NCBI GenBank assembly: GCA_002269645.1
Contig: NIVC01000376.1
Location: 434,001-498,000, forward strand
Reading direction: 5' to 3'
DNA: 64,000 nucleotides
Source: Macrostomum lignano
Lineage: Eukaryota
Below the pieces are notes generated by a model, which was not told the origin of the DNA, ran no database searches, and saw nothing but the letters and a program-made list of their open reading frames with translations. Both the position numbers and the translations under genes were made by a program. Positions 47,284-60,649 of the stretch are shown here, in pieces. Every line of letters begins with the position of its first letter. The stretch's first letter is position 1.

Positions 47284-49302
47284 ATGTCAACTGAAGATCA
47301 AGATAGTCTGACTATGGTTGTCTCACTGCTTTACTTTGCTTTTACAATTCTATTGTCAAGATTTCTTTGCTCATTAATTTTTTCATTCATTTTACATCGT
47401 AGCAAAACTGTGGCAACCTGTCTACTTGATTTTGTCACAACTTTTCAAGTGTCCGCCTGCAGCATTGAAAATGCCACCTTTCTTAGGCGCTATGGCATGC
47501 CAACCTACCTCACTGTGCTGTTTTGTCAGCTGTACTGGAATGCCATCAGCCTGCCTACTGGATACTCTGGCAACCCTTGTCAGAACTGGCGTCAGTTTGT
47601 TGCTGGAAGAGCTAAACTGGCTGGTACAGCAGGTCGGATGGCATGTCAGCTGGCTGGTGGACAGGTTTGTCAGCATTTTATTTGTTACATTTTTATTTTG
47701 CTGCTTTGTTGTTGCTGACTGATGATCCCACTTTGATGATGCTGCTTTGATGATGCCGCTTTGACGATGCCACTTTGATCCTGCTGCCTGCTGCTTTAAT
47801 CATACCACTCTGATGATGCCACTTTGATGATGCCACTTTGATTATGTCACTTTGATGATACCGCTTTGATGATGCTACTTTGATGATACCGCTTTGATGA
47901 TGCCGCTTTGATGATACTGCTTTGATGATGCTACTTTGATGATACCACTTTGATGATGCTGCTTTGATGATACCACTTTGATGATACCGCTTTGATGATG
48001 CCGCTTTGATGATGCCACTTTGATTATGTCACTTTGATGATACCGCTTTGATGATGCTACTTTGATGATACCGCTTTGATGATGCCGCTTTGATGATACC
48101 ACTTTGATGATGCCGCTTTGATGATGCCGCTTTGATGATGCTGCTTTGATGATGCCGCTTTGATGATGCCGCTTTGATGATGCCACAAAGCCGTAACCCC
48201 TCGTCCCCGCCGCGCCGCAGGCGGCCTTCTGGTTCGCCCGCTCGTTCTGGTCTGTCGGCCTGACCGCCACGCATGGCCAGCGACTCGCCGCCTCCGCCAG
48301 CTGCGTCAGCGACCTGACGGTGCCGGGCGCTGCCGGCTTCGGGCTGGAGTTTCTCGGCGTCTTCGCCGACTCGATGCTGGTGGGCGGCTTGGCAGCCTTC
48401 AGCTCCGGCGACAGCTGGCTGCGGCATGAGAACGTTCAACGGCTGACTTCCTGCCTTCTAGGCACCTGGCTGACCTATTACGGTGAGTGAAGCTTGCGGT
48501 TAGGAGTTCAAATACCAAGTACTAGTATGCCCATATAGAACTATTCAGCACCCTTGATTCGATTCCGTGTTAGTATTGAAAACTTTAGCAAGAGACTTCG
48601 TATAAGGTCTTTTTGTTGTGCACCTTCTCAAACAAGAGTCAAGAAGTTGCCAGCCTTTCGGATCGTCGAGATATTCAACTATTCTGCCAGAAGGTAGGAT
48701 TTTCCCATTAGCGCCAGTGTATTCAGTACACCCTGTGTGCCAATCGGCACTGCGCCTCAGTGCAGCCTTGCCAAGCCTCCCTATTTCATCAGCATGTCGA
48801 TCACATGTGTCTACACAGCTTTGACTTTGTTGGTCACTGGCCTTCACCACAGGCGGAGCTTCTGGACCGTCAACAGGTGGCACCAGGTGACCATGGATAC
48901 CCTATTGCGAAGTTCTCTAGGTTCGCTGGTCAAGCCTCACAGTGGTTAAACCACAACTGCCGGATATCTTCAGCTATAGTTTCTCAAGCATTTCGTCATC
49001 ACCCCCTTCCCTTGGTAGTTTGACGGGTGGAAAAATGGCTTGGTATTCCCACTGTTACAAGATAGTAGCATTTTGTCCTTGATTTTCTGAGCCCAGGCCT
49101 GCCCCTGAGTGGCATGTACGCTAATCCGGCCAACGCCAGCGCGCAGACCCTCGGCTGTCGGGGTACCCCGCTGTGGCTGCACTTTGCTGTCTACTGGTCG
49201 GCTCCACTCCTGGCCACCAGTCTTGGCCATAGACTGGAGTCGCGGCTGCCGCTGACTCCGGTGTCGGCCACTGCAGCTCCAGAGCGAGAGAAGCAACAAT
49301 AA
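47284..49302 (+). CDS. Unorthodox aquaporin (AQP11/AQP12-like), copy A, about 282 aa; exons 47284-47664, 48221-48482, 49097-49302
   Basis: First pore motif SGNPC, second GMYANPA; ACSIE, YWSAP and the CRG loop as in super-aquaporins; GT-AG introns with phases 0,1. Confidence 0.85.
47730..48185. repeat. 14-bp minisatellite (TTTGATGATGCCGC) in intron 1 of aquaporin A
   Basis: Tandem repeats visible. Confidence 0.9.
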
Positions 49303-51946
49303 ATTCTTGGCTGTGCTTTTTATTTGTTTTATTTTTTAGCGATTTTTCCTTTTAACTACTAGATTTATTGCTTTGAGAGTAGTATGTCTAGCATTCGATT
49401 TTCTATACTTACAACGTATCTTTAGCCATGTTTTTCAAGTTTGGTGCTCATATGCTATTTTTTTGGCGAGATTTTATTTATCAATCACAGAGTTTTTAGT
49501 TTATTTTGCTATGAATATATTATATGAAAGTTTGATTTTAGAACAGGAATGACTAACTCTTGTACATTATATTGATTTTCACATCTTTTGGTTCTATATA
49601 TCTTCGTTACTAATCGACACTTCCAACATGATTAATGTTTTTTTTCGATTTTGATTCACAATTAAAATAAAGTTATATTTGATTTTTTATGATTTTATTA
49701 ATTATGGTTTACAGTAAAGATATCGAATAAAGAAGTCAACGTGCTTTTTATTCTTTTTTGCCGTTGATAAAAATTTGCAATGAGGACACTCTCTAAGTAC
49801 TCGTGTGATTTTCTAACTTTGGTGGAGAAGCTCAGCCAATCAGAAAATTCGACGTGTGTTTTAACAACTCGGCTCTGCAGCCAATCAGAAAATTTGGTGT
49901 GTGTTTTTTTCCGTATCGGCTCAGCCAACCAGAAAATTCGACGATAAGAATTCGCCAGCATATAGCGTTTAAGAGGACCATGACGATAACTGCAGTCTAA
50001 AATCACACAGCGATATTGGGTGTTTGTACATTTAGATGTATAGTCCTGTTTAATTTGATCGAAGCTTGAAAGATACATGTATAGGAATATGATAATGTAC
50101 ATGCAATTACATGTAATAGTACTTCCCCGCCCTGTAGTCTCGCCCGGGCAAAAAAGTCATAGCTTACATGTCAATGCAATCCAGCAGTTATCGCAGCGCC
50201 CTTTACCACGATAATTATATGGAAACCCGATTTTTAGAGAGCTGTGGTTTGGTGAGCCATGCGAATCACTTGATTACTACCTTAAGAGTTTGCTCGATCC
50301 AGTCAAGGATGACTGAAGTAATCTATACATTTGAATATACTTAATTAGTAGTCTTGGATCCAGTGTGTTTGATGGTCGTACATGTAAATGTAGCAAAGTA
50401 TGTAATTATTTTTGCGACGAAAAAATGCGTAACTATTTTAGGAGGCAGACTATTTAGTTCTCGGCATATGGCATATCAAGTCAGAAGCGATTGTAATGTT
50501 TCAATCGATTATTGCGAATTTTTCTTGAGCTATTCTTAAATTTGCTCCTACATGTATATGCTACTACCAAACCACTTCTCACACAAGAGCATGTGGCTGT
50601 CTAAATTCTTTAAAAAACGGTTTAAAATTATGCGCAGAAAGTATACCAAGTGTTTACGCTAATAAATAGGTTAAATATCTTATAATCAACCTGTTTGTTT
50701 AGTTATAATAAAAATTAACTTAACGCGGACATTTAGTTTCTAGCTTTTCTTCGAAATAGTTTTCGTGTTAATATGCAGTATGCCAGCCAGTATTATGTAT
50801 TAGTACGTTTCTTTCTACATGTACCTTTCGCTACCTTTCGCTATCGCACGTATAACATTCGTTTTTACGGTTTTTGTTTCATTCCTCTTATATGGTTTGT
50901 ATTACTATATCTAAATCGCTCTGACATTAGCGGAGCCAAAGCAAAGCATGGGGCTGGAGTTTATTTCAATTATTTCAATGAATTTATTTGAGGCAAAATT
51001 TATAGAAACAGTTAGCTGTAAATCATTTTTTGTATATGGGACTGGTATGGTTTTTTAACTAAATATTTTATATAATTTTGTATATATAATATAGGGTGCA
51101 ACTAATTCACGTTTAAATTTCTAGCTTCTGCTCTGTTTAATAAACTTAATAACCAAATTGTGTCATCTATTTGTGTCAACTAATTATTCATCATTCATCC
51201 AGTATCAAACAGTTTTTCTACTAGCTGCAGTAGATAATTTAGATAAATATATTAAGCTTATTATTTTTGCAATGTTGTTTTGGGTATGGATGAAACCTTT
51301 AGCACTTTATAATTAATTAGTTCTTTTATATGAAATGTAAGTTACAAATAATAAATTAAGTTCATTGACTAGTTTTAACTTTTTATTATTTAGTTTAATA
51401 TCATAGTTTCTAAATATAGTCTTTTTATCTTTTGATTATTGTTATTGACTTATATTTATTTAAACTTTAATGTTTAGCTTTAAGTTTAATGAATAAACAT
51501 ATTATTATATATTTAGTGACACAACCAAAAATCATTTAAAGGAGGAAAATTCTAGGAAGAGTATAAAGACCTAAAGGGAGCCAGAGAAGATAAGCCTATA
51601 ATTTGGCAAAAAACTATATTTCATCTTATTTTCATTTTTCTAGGTCTAATATCCTAAAAATTAAGGAAGAGTGATCCCTATAAGCTTTCTCTATCTTCTT
51701 CATTTGTTTTTTGGAAATATATGCTATTATTGCTAAATAAATAAAGCATCTTTTATTAAGTCATGAGATCATTATTTAGGTCTTAGGTCATTGTAGAAGT
51801 TTTAGAAATTATATATGATAGAAATGAAGGAAAAATTCAAAGTATTATTCAAAATTCTATCTCTTTCAGTGGCAATTGCTAAGAAATAAAAAATGTGACA
51901 ATTTAGTTCTACATAGCAAAGTCTCTAGAATTGCACTATATGATAG

Positions 51947-54824
51947 ATGATGTCTGCAACTATAAATCCCGAGCATGACAACTTCACAGTGCTAATCTCA
52001 TTGATGTACTATGCTGGCACAATGCTACTTGGCCGCTGCCTTCGTTCCCTTGTGCCATCTGACAATTGGGCCTCACCCTACCTGCTAAATCTAATAACAG
52101 CATTTCAAACCTGCGCGTGCAGCCTGGAGAATGGCACATCTCGCAAGCGGTATGGCATGCCAGCCTACCTAGTGGTGCTGTTCACAGCTGGCTACTGGCA
52201 GTCCCTCAGCCTGCCGCAGGGCTGCAGCGGCAATCCTTGCAAGCACTGGCGCAGGCTTGCAAGAGGAGATGTTGGACTGGCACAGGCGGTTGGGCTGATG
52301 GCCTGTCAGCTGGTTGGAGGGCAGGTTGGTTTTTCTATTTGGATTAAATTAAGTAGTATAAAATCCTGAGCTGCTCTGCACCTCTTGCCTTAATGCTGAC
52401 ATTTTGATGATGCTGCTTTGATGCTGCCGCTTTAATGATGCCGCTTTGATGAAGCCGCTTTGATGAAGCCGCTTTGATGATGCTGCTTTGATGCTGCTGC
52501 TTTGATGATGCTGCTTTGATGAAGCCGCTTTGATTATGCCGCTTTGATGATGCTGCTTTGATGCTGCTGCTTTAATGATGCCGCTTTGATGAATCCGCTT
52601 TGATGATGCCGCTTTGATGATGCCGCTTTGATGATGCCGCTTTGATGATGCCGCTTTGATGATGCCGCTTTGATGATGCCGCTTTGATGATGCCGCTTTG
52701 ATAATGCCGCTTTGATAATGCCGCTTTGATGATACTGCTTTGATGATGCCGCTTTGATGATGCCGCTTTGATGATGCTGCTATGATGATTCCACTTTGAT
52801 GACACCGCTTTGATGATGATGCTTTGATGATGCCACTTTGATAATGCCGCTTTGATAATGCCGCTTTGATGATACTGCTTTGATGATGCCGCTTTGATGA
52901 AGCCGCTTTGATGATACTGCTTTGATGATGCTGCTTTGATGATGCTGCTTTGATGAAGCCGCTTTGATTATGCCGCTTTGATGATGCTGCTTTGATGCTG
53001 CTGCTTTAATGATGCCGCTTTGATGAATCCGCTTTGATGATGCCGCTTTGATGATGCCGCTTTGATGATGCCGCTTTGATGATGCCGCTTTGATGATGCC
53101 GCTTTGATGATGCCGCTTTGATGATGCCGCTTTGATAATGCCGCTTTGATAATGCCGCTTTGATGATACTGCTTTGATGATGCCGCTTTGATGATGCCGC
53201 TTTGATGAAGCCGCTTTGATGAAGCCGCTTTGATGATACTGCTTTGATGATGCCGCTTTGATGATGCCGCTTTGATGATGCCACAAAGCCGTAACCCCTC
53301 GTCCTCGCCGCGCCACAGGCGGCCTTCTGGTTCGCCCGCTCGTTCTGGTCTGTCGGCCTGACCGCCACGCACGGCCAGCGACTTGCCGCCTCCGCCAGCT
53401 GCATCAGCGACCTGACGGTGCCGGGCGCTGCCGGCTTCGGGCTGGAGTTTCTCGGCGTCTTCGCCGACTCGATGCTGGTGGCCGGCCTGGCAGCCTTCAG
53501 CTCCGGCGACAGCTGGCTGCGGCATGAGGAGGTGCAACGGCCGCTGCTGTACATGCTGAGTACCTGGCTGACCTATCACGGTAAGGCCAACAGTGCATCC
53601 GCTGGCATTCTTCCGAAGCTTCTTAGTTTTTATTGCTTCTTTATTCATAACGAGCTTCCTCATTCTCTTCCCCCTCCTTCCCCTCTTTCCCCCTCTTTCC
53701 CCCTCTTTCCCCCTCTTTTTCCCTCCTTCCCCTCTTTTCCCCTCTTTCCCCCTCTTTCCCCCTCTTTACCCATCTTTCCCCATCTTTCCCCCTCTTTCCC
53801 CCTCTTTCCCTCTCTTTACCCATCTTTCCCCATTTTTCCCCCTCTTTCCCCCTCTTTACCCCTCTTTCCCCCTCTTTCCCCCTCTTTACCCATCTTTCCC
53901 CCTCTTTCCCCCTCTTTACCCCTCTTTACCCCTCTTTACCCCTCTTTCCCCCTCTTTCCCCCTCTTTACCACTCTTTACCCCTCTTTACCCCTCTTTACC
54001 CCTCTTTCCCCCTCTTTACCCCTCTTTACCCCTCTTTACCCCTCTTTCCCCCTCTTTCCCCCTCTTTACCCCTCTTTCCCCCTCTTTACCCCTCTTTCCC
54101 CTCTTTCCCCCTCTTTCCCCATCTTTACCCCTCTTTCCCCCTCTTTCCCCCTCTTTCCCCCTCTTTACCCCTCTTTACCCCTCTTTACCCCTCTTTACCC
54201 CTCTTTACCCCTCTTTACCCCTCTTTCCCCCTCTTTACCCCTCTTTCCCCTCTTTCCCCCTCTTTCCCCCTCTTTACCCCTCTTTACCCCTCTTTCCCCT
54301 CTTTCCCCCTCTTTCCCCTCTTTACCCCTCTTTACCCCTCTTTCCCCCTCTTTCCCCCTCTTTCCCCCTCTTTACCCCTCTTTACCCCTCTTTACCCCTC
54401 TTTCCCCCTCTTTCCCCTATTTCCCCCTCTTTCCCCATCTTTACCCCTCTTTCCCCCTCTTTCCCCCTCTTTCCCCCTCTTTCCCCGTCTTTACCCCTCT
54501 TTCCCCCTCTTTCCCCTCTTTTCCATTCTTCCCTCTCTTTCCCCTTCTTTCCTTCCCTTTCTATCTATTTTTTCTTCGCATTCAAACGGATCCGCCATTC
54601 GCACTTCTGGGTCCCGAACCCACACAGGCCTGTACCTCACCGGCATGTACTCCAACCCGGCCAACGCCAGCGCGCAGACCCTCGGCTGCCGAGGCACCCC
54701 GCTGTGGCTGCACTTCGCTGTCTACTGGGCCGCCCCCCTGGTGGCCGTGAGTCTCGGCCATAGACTAGAGGCTGTGGCCGCAGTCACGCAGACACCAGCT
54801 GAGCGGCACGAGAAGCAACAGTAA
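51947..54824 (+). CDS. Unorthodox aquaporin (AQP11/AQP12-like), copy B, about 278 aa; exons 51947-52324, 53319-53580, 54628-54824
   Basis: SGNPC and GMYSNPA motifs; same exon structure and phases as copy A. Confidence 0.85.
52405..53282. repeat. 14-bp minisatellite (TTTGATGATGCCGC) in intron 1 of aquaporin B
   Basis: Same unit as in copy A. Confidence 0.95.
53670..54530. repeat. Polypyrimidine 11-12-bp minisatellite (CCCCTCTTT[A/C]C) in intron 2 of aquaporin B
   Basis: Tandem repeats visible. Confidence 0.95.
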
Positions 54825-55241
54825 AAATAGCACTGATTTAGGAATGGCTACTACTTGTAGTAGCAAGTCTAGCGATTTCGAAATTTAGCAACAACGAAAT
54901 TTCAATATTTTTTATCTAGTGCAGTGAATAGCTGTTATTCTGGTGCCTTTCTACAAATAAAGATTTTTTTCTGTTGTTTTCTGTCGTATTGTTATCAGTT
55001 GTTTATTCATTTTTTGTTTTGAACCTTTACTTAAATCCCGTTGAAAACGTTACCGTGACAAAGAATCGCTAGAGAGTCATTGCAAACAACTCGCTATGAT
55101 GACTCCTGTGACTTTTTAACGACTCCAACGAGTGCAATGCGATGGAGAGGCGACTGTTGAGTCACGAATGCGTCACGTGAGTTTTAGAACCGTAAGAGTT
55201 GCGGAAAAAGTCGTCCAAGAATTGTTTTGTTATCGCTTACC

Positions 55242-57862
55242 TTTCTACTAATCAAGTAGACTAAATAGAGTTGTTATAAATGCGGAATCAATTCTACTAA
55301 TCAAGTAGACTAAATAGAGTTGTTATAAATGCGGAATCAATTCTACTAATCAAGTAGACTAAATAGAGTTGTTATAAATGCGGAATCAATTCTACTAATC
55401 AAGTAGACTAAATAGAGTTGTTATAAATGCGGAATCAATTCTACTAATCAAGTAGACTAAATAGAGTTGTTATAAATGCGGAATCAATTCTACTAATCAA
55501 GTAGACTAAATAGAGTTGTTATAAATGCGGAATCAATTCTACTAATCAAGTAGACTAAATAGAGTTGTTATAAATGCGGAATCAATTCTACTAATCAAGT
55601 AGACTAAATAGAGTTGTTATAAATGCGGAATCAATTCTACTAATCAAGTAGACTAAATAGAGTTGTTATAAATGCGGAATCAATTCTACTAATCAAGTAG
55701 ACTAAATAGAGTTGTTATAAATGCGGAATCAATTCTACTAATCAAGTAGACTAAATAGAGTTGTTATAAATGCGGAATCAATTCTACTAATCAAGTAGAC
55801 TAAATAGAGTTGTTATAAATGCGGAATCAATTCTACTAAATCAAGTAGACTAAATAGAGTTGTTATAAATGCGGAATCAATTCTACTAATCAAGTAGACT
55901 AAATAGAGTTGTTATAAATGCGGAATCAATTCTACTAATCAAGTAGACTAAATAGAGTTGTTATAAATGCGGAATCAATTCTACTAATCAAGTAGACTAA
56001 ATAGAGTTGTTATAAATGCGGAATCAATTCTATTAAATCAAGTAGACTAAATAGAGTTTTTATAAATGCGGAATCAATTCTACTAATCAAGTAGACTAAA
56101 TAGAGTTGTTATAAATGCGGAATCAATTCTACTAAATCAAGTAGACTAAATAGAGTTGTTATAAATGCGGAATCAATTCTATTAAATCAAGTAGACTAAA
56201 CAGAGTTGTTATAAATGCGGAATCAATTCTATTAAATCAAGTAGACTAAATAGAGTTGTTATAAATGCGGAATCAATTCTACTAATCAAGTAGACTAAAT
56301 AGAGTTGTTATAAATGCGGAATCAATTCTACTAATCAAGTAGACTAAATAGAGTTGTTATAAATGCGGAATCAATTCTACTAATCAAGTAGACTAAATAG
56401 AGTTGTTATAAATGCGGAATCAATTCTACTAATCAAGTAGACTAAACAGAGTTGTTATAAATGCGGAATCAATTCTACTAATCAAGTAGACTAAATAGAG
56501 TTGTTATAAATGCGGAATCAAAATTCTACTAAATCAAGTAGACTAAATAGAGTTGTTATAAATGCGGAATCAATTCTACTAATCAAGTAGACTAAATAGA
56601 GTTGTTATAAATGCGGAATCAATTCTACTAAATCAAGTAGACTAAATAGAGTTGTTATAAATGCGGAATCAATTCTACTAATCAAGTAGACTAAATAGAG
56701 TTGTTATAAATGCGGAATCAATTCTACTAATCAAGTAGACTAAATAGAGTTGTTATAAATGCGGAATCAATTCTACTAATCAAGTAGACTAAATAGAGTT
56801 GTTATAAATGCGGAATCAATTCTATTAAATCAAGTAGACTAAATAGAGTTTTATAAATGCGGAATCAATTCTACTAAATCAAGTAGACTAAATAGAGTTG
56901 TTATAAATGCGGAATCAATTCTACTAAATCAAGTAGACTAAATAGAGTTGTTATAAATGCGGAATCAATTCTATTAAATCAAGTAGACTAAATAGAGTTG
57001 TTATAAATGCGGATTCAATTCTACTAATCAAGTAGACTAAATAGAGTTGTTATAAATGCGGAATCAATTCTACTAATCAAGTAGACTAAATAGAGTTGTT
57101 ATAAATGCGGAATCAATTCTACTAATCAAGTAGACTAAACAGAGTTGTTATAAATGCGGAATCAATTCTACTAATCAAGTAGACTAAACAGAGTTGTTAT
57201 AAATGCGGAATCAATTCTATTAAATCAAGTAGACTAAATAGAGTTGTTATAAATGCGGAATCAATTCTACTAAATCAAGTAGACTAAATAGAGTTGTTAT
57301 AAATGCGGAATCAATTCTATTAAATCAAGTAGACTAAATAGAGTTGTTATAAATGCGGAATCAATTCTACTAATCAAGTAGACTAAACAGAGTTGTTATA
57401 AATGCGGAATCAATTCTACTAAATCAAGTAGACTAAATAGAGTTGTTATAAATGCGGAATCAATTCTACTAAATCAAGTAGACTAAATAGAGTTGTTATA
57501 AATGCGGAATCAATTCTATTAAATCAAGTAGACTAAATAGAGTTGTTATAAATGCGGAATCAATTCTACTAAATCAAGTAGACTAAATAGAGTTGTTATA
57601 AATGCGGAATCAATTCTATTAAATCAAGTAGACTAAATAGAGTTGTTATAAATGCGGAATCAATTCTACTAATCAAGTAGACTAAACAGAGTTGTTATAA
57701 ATGCGGAATCAATTCTATTAAATCAAGTAGACTAAATAGAGTTGTTATAAATGCGGAATCAATTCTACTAAATCAAGTAGACTAAATAGAGTTGTTATAA
57801 ATGCGGAATCAATTCTATTAAATCAAGTAGACTAAATAGAGTTGTTATAAATGCGGAATCAA
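55242..57862. repeat. 49-50-bp satellite (TTCTACTAATCAAGTAGACTAAATAGAGTTGTTATAAATGCGGAATCAA), about 53 copies
   Basis: Head-to-tail units of very high identity. Confidence 0.97.
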
Positions 57863-58611
57863 TGCGGAAGCAACGATTCTGAGACGACGCAAGCTTCTTG
57901 GCGTAGTTACCGTCTTCATCGGGTATTAGTAGAGTAACCAGCTTTTTAAATGATCATTTTGTGCAATGATTACTGGTCACTTTGGTTTTGTGTTAGAAAT
58001 ATTTATAAGGCTGTTCTGTTGGTTATGGCTGGTTATTTATTTATACAAGTTCACACAAATGTCACAGATTTATTGACTTACGCTCTAAGGCAGTCATTCG
58101 ATGTCTATATAGTTTAGACTTGAACCTGCTTTTAGCAGTTTTTTTCCCCATTTTCGCCTCTATCAAAGAGCCGTTTTAGATTATTTATTTATTGTTTATT
58201 GATTGAATCTGCTGATTTTAGCAAAACTGCTTCGATTTCATTTAACAACGATTGGAAATATACGTGGATTTTTTGTCTTCCCTTTAGAATTGACTGTTTT
58301 TTTTAATGTTTAGCATATGGCTGCTGTACCTGATATGTATTGGCAATTAAAATGTCAAGCTTGTGTTTATTCATTTTTTAAATGAAGGGTCCGGTTAGTG
58401 TAAGCTGGCTCCAGTTGGGGTCTGTCTAATTTTTCGACACAATATTAACATTCAGTATATGTAGATAATATTAATTTATTGTTGCACATGTAGTTGAATG
58501 TGAAAAATTATGCTTCTACTCATCTTGACCAATCCCTCCACAATGCCCAGCACTCACCACGCCACAGCACCCGTCACCTCACAGCACCCACAACCTTGCA
58601 GCACCCACCAC

Positions 58612-59430
58612 TAAGAGTGTTCGGGTTTCCATTTTTTCGTGGTAAAACCCGAACCCGAACCCGACCCCGACCCAAAACCCGACCCGACCCGACCCCGAAA
58701 TTCTACCCGAAAAAAAATCAATACTCAATCAGAATCAAAATGGTTGCATTATTTTTCGTATTTTTAAGCGCGCTTGTGGAAAGTAACACTGTAGTATCAT
58801 GTCGAGACACTGCAAAAGGGTTATACTCGATTATCTGCTTTTCTTCAAGGGCTCTAAGTTCTCGAACGTTCAAGGCTTCATCTCACCATAAGTCATAACC
58901 TGAATCACTAACTGTTTCAGAGGAATAAAGGTGAGAAAAAACAATTTTTTTCTTCTTTTCGACTCTATTCTATATTAGTAATATTAATATTAGTCAAGAC
59001 ATTGGACCTCAGCTCAGTATAATGCAAGCGATGCAAATGCGCCAATATGGTCTTCATTTGCTTGGAGAAGGCCATAATATTATAAGTTCAATTTTTTCGA
59101 AACGGATTCTTGACGAAGCCTTAATTTATAATTTGTGTAAATTGTTGCGGGTAAATTGTAAGATAAAGTAGCATACTAGAACGATTTTTATAACGATTTA
59201 AAAAATTAAATATACGCGAAAAAAGCTGAAAATACTCAGTTTACGCTTAATTTCGTTTCAACTCGTAAAAATATAAACTCGAAAACCCCGAACCCAGTAC
59301 CAAAACCCGACCCGAAAACTGAACCCGAACACACTACCCGAACCCCGAACCCGACCCGAACGCCTACCCCGAACCGGGTGCCAAAACCCGACCCGAAACC
59401 CGACCCGACCCCGAACCCCGAACACCCCTA
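58612..59430. mobile_element. hAT-like MITE (819 bp) with CCCGA-rich subterminal repeats and 8-bp TSD
   Basis: TIRs TAAGAGTGTTCGGG and the reverse complement of TAGGGGTGTTCGGG; TSD CCCACCAC at 58604-58611 and 59431-59438. Confidence 0.8.
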
Positions 59431-59725
59431 CCCACCACCCCACAGCACCCGCAACCATACAGCACCCACAACCCCACAGCACTCACCACCCCACAGCACC
59501 CGCCACCTCACAGCACCCACAACCCCACAGCACTCACAACCCCACAGCACCCACCACCCCACAGCACCCGCCACCTCACAGCACCCACAACCCCACAGCA
59601 CTCACAACCCCACAGCACCCACCACCCCACAGCACCCGCCACCTCACAGCACCCACAACCCCACAGCACTCACAACCCCACAGCACCCACCACCCCACAG
59701 CACCCACCACCTCGCAGCACCCAAC
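59431..59725. repeat. CACAGCACCC-based minisatellite; its left remnant lies at about 58545-58611
   Basis: Tandem units on both sides of the MITE. Confidence 0.8.
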
Positions 59726-60649
59726 CAGTAGTGACCAATCGTAAGGTACGGATCTGCTTGAAGTCAATACGAAAAAGCCATAAAGTCCACAAATAAACCG
59801 TAGAAGTCAAATTATACGTGTAGGTATGTTAATATAAAAAAGCAAAGGAAAATATACCCACAGGAGACAATTATCTGTCTTGATTCCGGTTTAAGGAAGT
59901 ACAGCTTAGAATAAATATCTTGGGTTTTATTTAAAGGCGGACACACGCGTGTACGTGTGCGTGTGCGAGCGAGCGAAATCGATTTTATCCAACAAAATAA
60001 TCCAGATCGGTGATCAAAGAAAAAGGAGTTGCGGTGTACGACGATAAGGCAAGCGGAAGAGATCAAGACGGCCAGATGACGGTATGCGATTGTTGCAGCG
60101 ATAGAGTGGCTTAAAGTGCAGAACGACGAGTGGGAGGAAGCAATGTTGGCGACGAATGACAGTAAGAACGAGCTCCAGGAAGAAGGTGTTCATGATGGTC
60201 TTGGTGCCCTGCCATATATTGTGACATCGAGGGAAATGAGACAGGTTGGCGGGAGATGCGATGGCGGAGAAACAGGAGAAAATTGGTGTGTTTGCCAGTT
60301 TGGTTGTCTGGAAGGCGTGAGCAAGGAAGTGAAGCAGTGGGAGCACGGCCGAATGGAAGACACGTATGGGCAGTCCAGAGGAAGGTGGTTAGACCCGCAG
60401 TTCAGGCAGGAATAGACAGCGAGAGGTCAGCCTCAGAGGATGAGAACGGGACACTCGCTGGAGCTGGCAGGGAGAAGGAATTGGTTGAGGCTGAAAGAGG
60501 ACGAAAGTTGCAGGCTGCACGTGTGGCATGGAGGATGAAACGGTTGTACAACCTGCTTGAATGTCCAGTGACGGAAAGCGAGCGCAGATGTATCCCATTG
60601 ATGGAGCGGGAAGATGAGATGGAAGCAGAAGGATTGAGGCAGGGTGTCT

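Noticed and set aside
48545-48883. 112-aa minus-strand ORF in intron 2 of aquaporin A
   Set aside because: No recognisable domain; probably a decayed repeat fragment
53418-54824. 468-aa ORF reading through aquaporin B intron 2
   Set aside because: The polypyrimidine satellite cannot encode stops on this strand; canonical GT-AG sites match those of copy A
55242-57862. Regular 49-bp period suggesting CRISPR repeat-spacer units
   Set aside because: The whole unit is repeated identically; there are no variable spacers
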